Notes under the pieces: generated by a model
Told to the model about the DNA's origin: nothing
Database searches by the model: none
Seen by the model: the letters and a program-made list of their open reading frames with translations, nothing else
Shown here: one piece after another, positions 8,565 through 16,536 of the stretch
Position numbering within the stretch: position 1 is the first letter of the stretch
Layout: every line of letters starts with the position of its first letter
Translations under genes and position numbers: made by a program
Origin: a virus
DNA: 21,213 nt
Reading direction: 5' to 3' (one strand)
UHGV virus genome: UHGV-0220583

Positions 8565-9167
8565 TGGCCGCTCTCCATTTATCTACCCGGGCGTCGTTAT
8601 CCTCGCGCATGTCGAGGTAGTCATTGAGAAGCGCGATACGGCAGAGGTCTACCGCACCGCTGTTAAGGTCTTTCTGGTCAATATGGAAGGCAAGCGCCGG
8701 ACGAAGAATAAAGTCTTCACCGCCCGGCAGGCTGTTGAAGGTTATTCCGCTGGCGGGGTGGGCGTCTCGCTGGTAGGGAGTCCTTGCAAAAAATTTCCCA
8801 GCGAGTCGGCGACCACCCGCGCCACCAGTTGCAGCATGGTCAACAGGTCGATATCGTCAAACGCCATTTCGCCATGCTGGCAGACCGGCACCCAGCCTTT
8901 CATGTGCTCGCGTGAAACAACGGAAAGGCAGGGGAACAGGATAGCGTCCACGTCGCCATCGCTCAGATCGGACACAGCATTGGCAATCTTTGGCAGGATG
9001 GTAGCCATCGCGCCTTCGGTGTCTTTGCTGCTGATCTTCTCCTGAACGCTCCGAAAGTCAGAAACCATCCCGGCCAGCACCGGCAACAGCTTGCGGGACA
9101 CCTTCAGCTGTTCGAAAACGCTGAGCTTTGCGGTGCGATATTTCACGCCTTTAATTTCGAATTCCAT
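8554..9167 (-). CDS. tail assembly chaperone, predicted -1 frameshifted long form (gpGT-like)
   Basis: The -1 frame relative to the 141 aa chaperone is open for about 60 codons from the slippery site through the entire chaperone-to-tape-measure gap, ending at TAA 8554..8556, 11 nt inside the tape measure gene. The +1 frame closes almost immediately. Confidence 0.5.
8742..9167 (-). CDS. tail assembly chaperone (short form)
   Basis: 141 aa acidic ORF between the tube and tape measure genes, the conserved chaperone position; contains the slippery site near its 3' end. Confidence 0.6.
   Translation of the reverse strand: MEFEIKGVKYRTAKLSVFEQLKVSRKLLPVLAGMVSDFRSVQEKISSKDTEGAMATILPKIANAVSDLSDGDVDAILFPCLSVVSREHMKGWVPVCQHGEMAFDDIDLLTMLQLVARVVADSLGNFLQGLPTSETPTPPAE
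8793..8799 (-). promoter_or_regulatory. slippery heptamer G GGA AAT, candidate -1 programmed frameshift site
   Basis: Minus-strand GGGAAAT, phased X XXY YYZ on the chaperone zero frame (CTG GGA AAT), 17 codons before the chaperone stop. Same class as lambda G-T GGGAAAG. Confidence 0.5.
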
Positions 9168-9170
9168 GCG

Positions 9171-9611
9171 TTAAAACTCCCCGAGCAGCTGGTCAATCTT
9201 GCCGCAGTCGAACACCCAGGAAACAGTCCCGCCCTCTTTGGCGTTATTGAAATCAGGCTGTTTCTGGAATGCACACGAACGCGCAGTAGAAATATCACCC
9301 GATGCCGTGTTGCGAATGACGATCACGTTATTGCCCCAGGTGGCAGAGGACTGGCTTTGCGCGTTATACGCCAGAGACAGCTTCTTGTTCACCGGGGAGG
9401 TTTTCAGCAGCGTCACCGTAATGGTGCCTGACTTATCGGCGTGCAGGCTGTGCATCACTTCGCCATCGGCACCGATGGTCATAGTGTTCTTGTTGCCGCC
9501 CATGGTCTGGGTGATACCTTCCTCAGAGTTCGCAGAACCCTGACCAAGATCGATAACGCCGGTCGGCCCGGTGAGCGACGCGGTTACATCGAGAAAAGAA
9601 TAAGTTGCCAT
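9171..9611 (-). CDS. tail tube protein
   Basis: 146 aa ORF immediately downstream of the sheath gene; size and position typical of contractile-tail tube proteins. Confidence 0.6.
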   Translation of the reverse strand: MATYSFLDVTASLTGPTGVIDLGQGSANSEEGITQTMGGNKNTMTIGADGEVMHSLHADKSGTITVTLLKTSPVNKKLSLAYNAQSQSSATWGNNVIVIRNTASGDISTARSCAFQKQPDFNNAKEGGTVSWVFDCGKIDQLLGEF

Positions 9612-9621
9612 TTATCGCTCC

Positions 9622-10782
9622 TTAGCGAACCACGTTGATCTGCACATCGGCATAATGAACTGCGCCAGCCAGCTTACAGGCCACCTGGATTAACGGTGCT
9701 TTGCGCGCTTCGCGGTCGGCCTGCGCCTGTTCGGACAGCGGTTGCGCATACACGTAATAGCCTTTGGTCAGCGTATCGCCGGAATTCAGCTGTCCGATAG
9801 GGCCACCATTCCACACGCCAGCAGCTACCAGACCGTTCGTGACGGACTGATCCATGGACTGTTCAACGTTGGAAAGCAGACGGGTCACACCGGCATCAGT
9901 CTGCGGAATTTTGGTGGTGCTGGTGTAAAGCAGGTTATAGAGGTTGGTCTGAACGTAGTTCTGCAACCAGTCGAGCCCGTGGCGCTCGTCGAAGAAGTCG
10001 CCGTTTGCCATCACACCCTGTTGCAGGATCGCCGTGTCGTTGGCGTAGTACACGAACACGTTCGCATTCTTCACATCCACAGCCGCCGCCTGTCCTACCG
10101 TCAGCGTTTCGTAGGTTACGCTTGGTTCCTGTTTGAACTTCAGGGTAATGGTGGTATTGCTGCCGTTGAAATTGACAGTAAACGCACGACCGAAAGCAGA
10201 AACCGCTGCGTAAGGGCTGCTGGTGGAATACTGAATAAAGGTACGGGCATACTTGCCAGCCTTTAATTTCGACGCAACATCGGTCGTCGAAGTCGTGCTG
10301 ATAATCTCGGCGTCGGCAGAGGTCACACCAAAGATACGGCTAAGGCTGGACGCTTCAATAAGTTTGGCGACCTCAATCACGTCATCAGCATCAAGCACAT
10401 CGCCACCAGCGACAACATCATCAGCGACAACCAGCCCATACCAGTTGGTATATTGCAGGCAGGCATTAACGGCTTGCACGATAGTTTCAGTATCTCCACT
10501 CTCGGAAGAACTCAGCGTCTTCGCCCAGCGACCAACATAAACCTGTGACGGCTTCGGTGACTGGCTGAAGAAAACCTGCGCCGCTTCATATTCCGGGCTG
10601 TCGACTCCGAAGTCCTCGCCAATGTCCTCAACGGACGCATAAAGGCGAATGCGTTCCTGCACCGGAATGACAGTGGAAGAGCCGAGGATCAGCAGCGCGC
10701 CGAAGTTACGACCAGTAGCCGCTTTCGGCGAGATGATCACATCAACGTTTACAACGTTGGATACAGGTAAGCCCTGTGCCAT
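9622..10782 (-). CDS. tail sheath protein
   Basis: 386 aa ORF; ATG at 10782 with GGAGA 8 nt upstream; followed by tube, chaperone and tape measure in the canonical myovirus order. Confidence 0.65.
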   Translation of the reverse strand: MAQGLPVSNVVNVDVIISPKAATGRNFGALLILGSSTVIPVQERIRLYASVEDIGEDFGVDSPEYEAAQVFFSQSPKPSQVYVGRWAKTLSSSESGDTETIVQAVNACLQYTNWYGLVVADDVVAGGDVLDADDVIEVAKLIEASSLSRIFGVTSADAEIISTTSTTDVASKLKAGKYARTFIQYSTSSPYAAVSAFGRAFTVNFNGSNTTITLKFKQEPSVTYETLTVGQAAAVDVKNANVFVYYANDTAILQQGVMANGDFFDERHGLDWLQNYVQTNLYNLLYTSTTKIPQTDAGVTRLLSNVEQSMDQSVTNGLVAAGVWNGGPIGQLNSGDTLTKGYYVYAQPLSEQAQADREARKAPLIQVACKLAGAVHYADVQINVVR

Positions 10783-10785
10783 AGG

Positions 10786-11349
10786 TTAATCTCCAAAAAA
10801 TGATACTGGTGCATCCACCAGCGATTTGATGCCATACTCGCGGACAACCTTCCGGCGCAGTCGCACCGTCATGTCGTAACGGCGAACCCATTGCTGGTTG
10901 ATAAGTTCGGGGAAAGGGGTCAGAGCGGTATAGTCGCCAAGGGATAAACCAAGCGCGTTCAGCTCAGCATTGTTTTGCGGGACAGATATACCATCGCGAA
11001 AACGGGACGCATAAGACATACCAGCCGGACCATAGAACGACGCCATGCACTCGAACGTTTCATGCCTCCAGAGCTGAGCGCCCTCTTCAGTCTGCCCGGT
11101 GAATGCAGGGTTGTTATCAATGAGCAACCCGGTAACGCCAAACGCGCACCAGTTCGTTTCAACGGGTGGCAGTGGCGGCTGATTTTTCTGCCAGCGCGGA
11201 CGAACCATCCCGGCAGACAGACCGGAAACGTTACGCATCCACTGGCTTAACAGCCTGTCGAGCGCTTCGTCATAAGCCGGATCGCCGCTGGTGGGTGTCA
11301 GCCAGCCGCGCTCTGTGCTGGTGTTATTACTCAACGGGAGTACCCCCAT
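10786..11349 (-). CDS. putative tail completion / sheath terminator protein
   Basis: ORF-track ORF 10786..11391 starts at GTG; the first in-frame ATG is at 11349. Stop lies 3 nt before the sheath start. Start is uncertain (no clear SD). Assigned by position. Confidence 0.4.
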   Translation of the reverse strand: MGVLPLSNNTSTERGWLTPTSGDPAYDEALDRLLSQWMRNVSGLSAGMVRPRWQKNQPPLPPVETNWCAFGVTGLLIDNNPAFTGQTEEGAQLWRHETFECMASFYGPAGMSYASRFRDGISVPQNNAELNALGLSLGDYTALTPFPELINQQWVRRYDMTVRLRRKVVREYGIKSLVDAPVSFFGD

Positions 11350-11713
11350 CAAACGGCAACAGTTCGCAATGCGCCTGGACGAAGCCAGCACCGTAAGCGG
11401 TATACGGGTCGACGAATGTCACACGATAATCACGGCCCTGATACGTCACGATATCGGCATCACGGCCAGTCTGCCCCTGTGTCAGCCGCTCAGTTGTCAC
11501 GATAAGAATCGCGCCACTGATAACTTGCCCGGACTGCATACGGCGGTTCTCCAGGGAGCGGTCAACGGTAACAACTCCGGCAAACTGCGTTTTAACTTCG
11601 CTGTCACTGCCGATCCCGTCCTCGTCTACCGTTTGTGCGCGACGCGTTACCCACAGGTTGAAGTCGCAAAAATCGGGGTCAAAAAGCACGTCTGTTACAT
11701 CAAGAGTCGGCAT
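11327..11713 (-). CDS. putative head-tail joining (neck) protein
   Basis: 128 aa ORF between the capsid and tail modules, 14-nt overlap with the upstream gene. Confidence 0.4.
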   Translation of the reverse strand: MPTLDVTDVLFDPDFCDFNLWVTRRAQTVDEDGIGSDSEVKTQFAGVVTVDRSLENRRMQSGQVISGAILIVTTERLTQGQTGRDADIVTYQGRDYRVTFVDPYTAYGAGFVQAHCELLPFDGGTPVE

Positions 11714-12254
11714 CTTTATCCCTCACAACATGGGTAATAGCTCTGCGATATTGCCCGGTGTCGATTAGCGGTTTCACCAGATCGGTTCTGGGAGACTCGC
11801 CAGCAGCGCGTCGGGCAAGCTCCGCTTTCGCCCCTTTACGCCCTCGACGCGCGCGAGCTTCAACGGTGCTATCAGCAAGCGGTGTAAAGCCGGTAATGGT
11901 CATGTACCGCCTGACGCCATTAGCGGCCAGCGTTCCGGCGCGGTTGAGCGCTCTTTCCGCACCCGCCGCATTACCATCAAGCGCAGCCTGCGCCGCTGCT
12001 TTAAGCTGCGGCACTGTCTGTTCCTCTACTGATTTAACGCCGGGGACCAAGTGCGGGCGTGGGGGGATGTTTTGCGCTGGTGAGCCGTATTCGTTGACGT
12101 AACCGATCCCGGCATTACCAAACGGAACATCCTCACGCTCGCTGTCTTCTTCCGGGATGCCCACCAGCACATCCTTTTTGGTTAGCGACCGGAGCGCATC
12201 CAGAATGGCCTGAGCGTTATCAACCCTCGTTGTTACACCACTTTTGAAACTCAT
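11700..12254 (-). CDS. putative head-tail adaptor protein
   Basis: 184 aa ORF, ATGA overlap with the upstream gene (ATG at 12254), Arg/Ala-rich C-terminus. Confidence 0.4.
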   Translation of the reverse strand: MSFKSGVTTRVDNAQAILDALRSLTKKDVLVGIPEEDSEREDVPFGNAGIGYVNEYGSPAQNIPPRPHLVPGVKSVEEQTVPQLKAAAQAALDGNAAGAERALNRAGTLAANGVRRYMTITGFTPLADSTVEARARRGRKGAKAELARRAAGESPRTDLVKPLIDTGQYRRAITHVVRDKDADS

Positions 12255-12658
12255 AGCTGGCGACCGCCCGCACCGAACATCGTGATCAGCTGATAAAATT
12301 CAGCGCCATATCGGGTGTTATTCCAGAAGCCTGCGTCAGGGTTTAGCGTCGCGCTGGTGTCATAGCTGACGCTTACCTTGTCAACGGACTTGGAGGACTG
12401 AACACCATTGGTTGAGCCACCCGGGCCGCCGACGAGCATTGCCCGGCTATCTGCCGCCCAGAGCGTCATGTAGTGAGCCACGAACAACTCGACAAAGTAC
12501 GGAAACAACTCTTTGCCGGTGACGTTTTCGCTCAGCAGCACATCAGCCAGATTCAGACGAAACTGGATTTGTGCTTCGGGATATTTGGCAGGGTCAGCAA
12601 ACTGTGGAAAGTCGCGCCGAAAATCACTTACTGTTGGCAGGCTTTGATTCTTTGGCAT
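12251..12658 (-). CDS. putative head-tail connector / head completion protein
   Basis: ORF-track ORF 12251..12757 starts at TTG deep inside the preceding gene; in-frame ATG at 12658 (MPKNQSL...) has GGGG 6 nt upstream. An ATG at 12670 is an alternative. Confidence 0.4.
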   Translation of the reverse strand: MPKNQSLPTVSDFRRDFPQFADPAKYPEAQIQFRLNLADVLLSENVTGKELFPYFVELFVAHYMTLWAADSRAMLVGGPGGSTNGVQSSKSVDKVSVSYDTSATLNPDAGFWNNTRYGAEFYQLITMFGAGGRQL

Positions 12659-13013
12659 CTTTCGCCCCATTACCGCCAGTCTGGGCGGCAGCAATCTGCG
12701 CTTGCAGGCTGTCGTTCTGCTCTTGCAGCTTGAGCAGCGCTTCTCGCAGATCGGCAATCAACTGATCTTTATCGATAATCTGCTTATCTTTGTCGGCAAT
12801 CTGAGCTTGCAGGCTGTCGATAATGGGTTGCAGATCATCGGTGTCGCTAATCACGCTTTCGGAAAGCTCGGAGTGCGCCTGGGTGAACCAGTGCGACGCG
12901 ACCTCTTCCGGTACGTTATGCCGTCCCCGGCCAAACTCCCTTTTTGACTGATCGCCGAGCGTCAGCGTAAACGGGGTGTGAACATGGATGGTAACCAGCT
13001 TTTCTTTCGCCAT
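12624..13013 (-). CDS. coiled-coil protein downstream of major capsid gene, function unknown
   Basis: 129 aa ORF (MAKEK...) with AAGGGA SD; C-terminal half is a heptad-like coiled coil containing a duplicated DSLQAQIA segment. Confidence 0.45.
   Translation of the reverse strand: MAKEKLVTIHVHTPFTLTLGDQSKREFGRGRHNVPEEVASHWFTQAHSELSESVISDTDDLQPIIDSLQAQIADKDKQIIDKDQLIADLREALLKLQEQNDSLQAQIAAAQTGGNGAKDAKESKPANSK
12691..12819. repeat. intragenic 24-bp direct repeat, two copies 105 bp apart
   Basis: gcaatctgcgcttgcaggctgtcg at 12691..12714 and gcaatctgagcttgcaggctgtcg at 12796..12819 (one mismatch); both encode DSLQAQIA on the minus strand. Confidence 0.7.
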
Positions 13014-13028
13014 TTTCAGTTCCCTTCT

Positions 13029-13044
13029 GGCCCCTTTCGGGGCC
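13029..13044 (-). promoter_or_regulatory. GC-rich stem-loop immediately 3' of the major capsid gene
   Basis: GGCCCC-TTTC-GGGGCC on the plus strand (6-bp stem, 4-nt loop), between the capsid stop (13055) and the next start (13013). No U-tract follows on the minus strand. Confidence 0.5.
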
Positions 13045-13054
13045 GTTCTGGTTA

Positions 13055-13996
13055 TCAGATACCGTCCACGTAGGACAGGGTTTCTTTGTACACTGGCTCA
13101 ACCGCACCGAGCTTGCCGTAGTAGGTCGCAATCTGATACAGACCGCGATACTGGACAGGAACGCTCTGCAACGGCACCAGCGGATAGCGCACGTATTTCT
13201 TGTCGTTGGTGTAGGCGATCATACGGTCTTTACCGCCAACCCCACGCCCTTTCAGCCATTTGACCGCTTTGATTTCAAGCGGAACGCCGTTCTGGTGGAA
13301 AGCGATAGTGTTCACAGCCAGATAGGTCAGCAGTGACTGGTTACCCGCTTCGGAAACCTTACGGCTCGCCAGCAGTGAATACTGCTCTGGCGGAATGCGC
13401 AGATCAGAAGGCACGATGGAATAACCGGATGCTGCCCAGGCATTAGACAGAATGCTGTTCACGCTATCGAGGATCTCGTCGTTGGTTGAGTTCGCCCAGG
13501 TCTTCGGCGCGTTGTTCAGCGTCACACCGACGAGGTTTGCCAGACCTTTCAGGCCGAGTGCGTCATCACCGATGTAAACCTGCTCGTCGTTGTCCATCTG
13601 CCATTTGAGCTGCATCCCGTCGTACTTCTGGGTATCAATCGGGCGGCCTACCTGCTGAGCAGCTGCCAGCTCTACAACGGTCCAGCCCAGTTCCATACCC
13701 CAGAGGTTCAGTGGATTGCCGTCTTTGCTGATATCCACGTTCACGCCAGCAATAGCGGTGGAGTCTTTGCCTACCCAGTTTTTACCATTCGGATTTGCAC
13801 CAGTACCCGCAGCGGCGAAGCTGGTATTCGTCCAGCTGGAAATGTCATCTGCGATAGACACGTCTTCACGCAGTTGAATATCTCGGGTCCAGGTGTACCC
13901 CACCAGAGGCAGGTTCAGCGTCTGGTCGAGTCGCTCCAGCTCCCCGATGAGAAAGGCACCGGAGCTATCTACGGTTGCCTGATCAAAAGTAATCAT
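13055..13996 (-). CDS. major capsid protein
   Basis: 313 aa ORF following the portal / MuF / scaffold set and followed by a stem-loop; size and position match the major capsid gene of this head-module type. Confidence 0.65.
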   Translation of the reverse strand: MITFDQATVDSSGAFLIGELERLDQTLNLPLVGYTWTRDIQLREDVSIADDISSWTNTSFAAAGTGANPNGKNWVGKDSTAIAGVNVDISKDGNPLNLWGMELGWTVVELAAAQQVGRPIDTQKYDGMQLKWQMDNDEQVYIGDDALGLKGLANLVGVTLNNAPKTWANSTNDEILDSVNSILSNAWAASGYSIVPSDLRIPPEQYSLLASRKVSEAGNQSLLTYLAVNTIAFHQNGVPLEIKAVKWLKGRGVGGKDRMIAYTNDKKYVRYPLVPLQSVPVQYRGLYQIATYYGKLGAVEPVYKETLSYVDGI

Positions 13997-14007
13997 TTGT
14001 CTGTTCC

Positions 14008-14511
14008 TTAAATCTTCCAGGAGATTTCTACATTGCCGTTAGCGTCACCGGCCCCTGTGAATTCGGCGTTGGTCAGCGCCACGTTTTTGCCACTGACGGA
14101 CGTGGACATGAAGCCGCCCAGCGGCACTTTTATGGATTCATCAGTGGAGACGACAACGTATACCGGGTCGCCTTTTTTGATGGTGCTGGCATCAAAATCA
14201 GAACCGAGATTAACGGTCATGTAGCCACGCTTCATGGCGTCACCCGGGAAGTTCTTATCCGTCCCCACCTGGCGAACCATGTCTGGCTGCGATGTGGTCG
14301 GATACGGACGAACGTAGATCCCCTTCACCTTGTCGGCGGTGTCACCGTCCGCCAGCGGCACGAAAAAGCCGTCAGCGTCATATTTGCCAGCCAGACCATA
14401 GGCAGCGAAGGCGTTAGCGGATTTAAGGATCACCGGTTCGACGGTTAAGTCCTGCGGGCGAGAGATAGCCCCGGCAATGCCAACAGGCATCCGGTACAGA
14501 TATGCAGTCAT
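14008..14511 (-). CDS. small head structural protein (scaffold- or decoration-like)
   Basis: 167 aa ORF between the scaffold/protease-like gene and the major capsid gene. Confidence 0.4.
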   Translation of the reverse strand: MTAYLYRMPVGIAGAISRPQDLTVEPVILKSANAFAAYGLAGKYDADGFFVPLADGDTADKVKGIYVRPYPTTSQPDMVRQVGTDKNFPGDAMKRGYMTVNLGSDFDASTIKKGDPVYVVVSTDESIKVPLGGFMSTSVSGKNVALTNAEFTGAGDANGNVEISWKI

Positions 14512-14515
14512 TGGA

Positions 14516-15748
14516 TTATCCTTTGCGGTTAGACCAGAAGTCGGCGTTTTGTTTGTTCAGGGAAGCGATGCTGGTCATGCCCATATTTGGACGTTGTGCA
14601 TCGCCCGTGGTGCTGCGGGTGTTTCGCCCTTTGGCAATCTCTGACACAGCGTTAAACGCCATATCTACCGATTGCTTGGGCAATTTGCGGATATCCGCAT
14701 CACCGACAACCTGGCGAACCAGTGTTTTGTCAGCGGCAGCCAGCACATCACGTTTGAACGCGGTCGGTTTCACCTTACGGCTCAGATCGATACCCGGGAC
14801 GATAACCTCGGCACGATAGGCAGAGTCACCGGTAATCGTGGTTTCCTCTTCGTCGTCCTCGCCGTCGCCGGTCGGATCTTTTTTGTCTTTTTCGTCAGGC
14901 TTATTGTCGTTATCGCCCGTCGCAGTTCCTTCGAGCTTAGCCAGCAGGGCTTTGAGCAAGGTTTTGATATCGTCCTCGCCGTCGCCGGTTGGATCTCCGC
15001 CCATTTCCGGCTTTTTGTCCGGCAATGGTTGCTGCGGTGAAAGGTTAATGTTGAGGTTAACGCCGCTCGGCAGATCCCCTTCGTCACCCGTTACCGCCGC
15101 TGGCGCAGAGTCCAGCAGTTCGTTCATGGTGTCAGCGTCACCCGTTTTGATGGCCGTGCGCATGCGGGTCCACCAGCTTTTCTTTTGATTTGCCATTGTG
15201 TCTCTGTCTCCAATTGCACAACGATTTCCGGCTCTGCCTTTAGGGACAAGAGCCACATGGTTTCCGGTAATATCGACCTGCTCGGCTTTACCTGGCTCGG
15301 CCTGCTCGTACTCCGCGTCATAGCCGCACGACACTTCACGCAGGCCATCTTCGATAAGCTGAATGGCGTTTTCGTCTTTGACGATAAGGTCAGCCAGCAT
15401 CAAATCAGACTGCTCACCCGTCCCGCGCCGGACATTCTGGAGGTGCCCGACAGCAAGCTCTTTCCAGTTCTCGGGATTTACCAGCCGCACATTCCCGTTT
15501 TCATCTTCAGGATGCAGGATCGTGATGCTCATCCCTTCGAATGAGGCGAGCGTGGCGGGATGGAATACCTGCTCAGGAGAGCGCGTTACGACTATCTCAC
15601 CGAACTTATCGGGTTTCAGTTTTGGCAGGTCATCAGCACCATAGAGCTGCTTACCTGTTCGTCCTATCGGCACGTCTCTGCACAGCAACGAGCCGTCAGC
15701 AAGCTGATAGCGGGTTTCCCCCAGTCGGGTATTGAAAAAATATTTCAT
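14516..15748 (-). CDS. putative prohead scaffold / protease-like protein with acidic repeats
   Basis: 410 aa ORF between the MuF-like and capsid genes; central region is highly acidic with a duplicated DPTGDGEDD motif. Confidence 0.5.
   Translation of the reverse strand: MKYFFNTRLGETRYQLADGSLLCRDVPIGRTGKQLYGADDLPKLKPDKFGEIVVTRSPEQVFHPATLASFEGMSITILHPEDENGNVRLVNPENWKELAVGHLQNVRRGTGEQSDLMLADLIVKDENAIQLIEDGLREVSCGYDAEYEQAEPGKAEQVDITGNHVALVPKGRAGNRCAIGDRDTMANQKKSWWTRMRTAIKTGDADTMNELLDSAPAAVTGDEGDLPSGVNLNINLSPQQPLPDKKPEMGGDPTGDGEDDIKTLLKALLAKLEGTATGDNDNKPDEKDKKDPTGDGEDDEEETTITGDSAYRAEVIVPGIDLSRKVKPTAFKRDVLAAADKTLVRQVVGDADIRKLPKQSVDMAFNAVSEIAKGRNTRSTTGDAQRPNMGMTSIASLNKQNADFWSNRKG
14854..14996. repeat. 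intragenic 26-bp direct repeat, two copies 117 bp apart
   Basis: cgtcctcgccgtcgccggtcggatct at 14854..14879 and cgtcctcgccgtcgccggttggatct at 14971..14996 (one mismatch); both encode DPTGDGEDD on the minus strand. Confidence 0.7.
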
Positions 15749-15762
15749 GGTTTACCTGCGAT

Positions 15763-16536
15763 TCAGGCGAGATAAGAATGAGGGTTGGGGAAGACGATCT
15801 CTTTGTAACAGCGGCAGTTCGGGAGCTCGCCAGCGTGACCGGTCATGCCGTCAAGCGTTGGAGGTTTGCCCCATTCGACAAACTTCCCTTCCATCTCTCG
15901 ATGAGAATGCCGGACGTCGCCATCTTCGGCTGTACGCCAGATATAACCATTCGAGCCGATTGACAGCGCACGCGCCTGATCCAGCGCTCCGGTTGCACGT
16001 CCAAGTTCGGTACGGGCGATAAGGTTCGCTCGTGAGCGTGACACGTCACCGGACGCTGCTATCTCTTTCGCGAATGGTTCAGCGCGGCCACCAGACACAA
16101 CGGCCTCGATGGCCTTGTTCTGAATGTCATACACCCGATCGGCGGCCTCAAGAGGCAGAGATTTGATGTACTTAATTTGCTCGGCGACGATGGATTTCAT
16201 CACCTGGCCTACCGGGGCGCGGTCAACCATGTTGCGCATCTCTGCGCTGATGTTCCGGCTGTGTTGACGCCACTGCTTTTCATTCTGGCGCGCTATGTCT
16301 GCGGTGAAGTTCTCAGCTACCTTCGTCGCCCAGGGGGTGATGATTTCGCTGTAGCGCTCCAGCGCATCCATTATTTCGGTAACGCTATCATTTGAACCAT
16401 CGTAGCGCCCATTTACGATATCCCCGACCGCCCGCGCTATCTGCCGTAGGCTCGTTCGATATCGGATCTCCGCCTGGCGACTCTGGCGGTTTGTCGCCAA
16501 GTTCGCCGATGCCTGGCGGCGCTTCGTCTTCGGCAT
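15763..16536 (-). CDS. minor head morphogenesis protein, MuF / SPP1 gp7-like
   Basis: 257 aa ORF directly after the portal gene. ATG at 16536 has GAGGA 8 nt upstream but overlaps the portal 3' end by 149 nt in another frame; an internal ATG at 16371 is an alternative start with a weaker SD. Confidence 0.6.
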   Translation of the reverse strand: MPKTKRRQASANLATNRQSRQAEIRYRTSLRQIARAVGDIVNGRYDGSNDSVTEIMDALERYSEIITPWATKVAENFTADIARQNEKQWRQHSRNISAEMRNMVDRAPVGQVMKSIVAEQIKYIKSLPLEAADRVYDIQNKAIEAVVSGGRAEPFAKEIAASGDVSRSRANLIARTELGRATGALDQARALSIGSNGYIWRTAEDGDVRHSHREMEGKFVEWGKPPTLDGMTGHAGELPNCRCYKEIVFPNPHSYLA

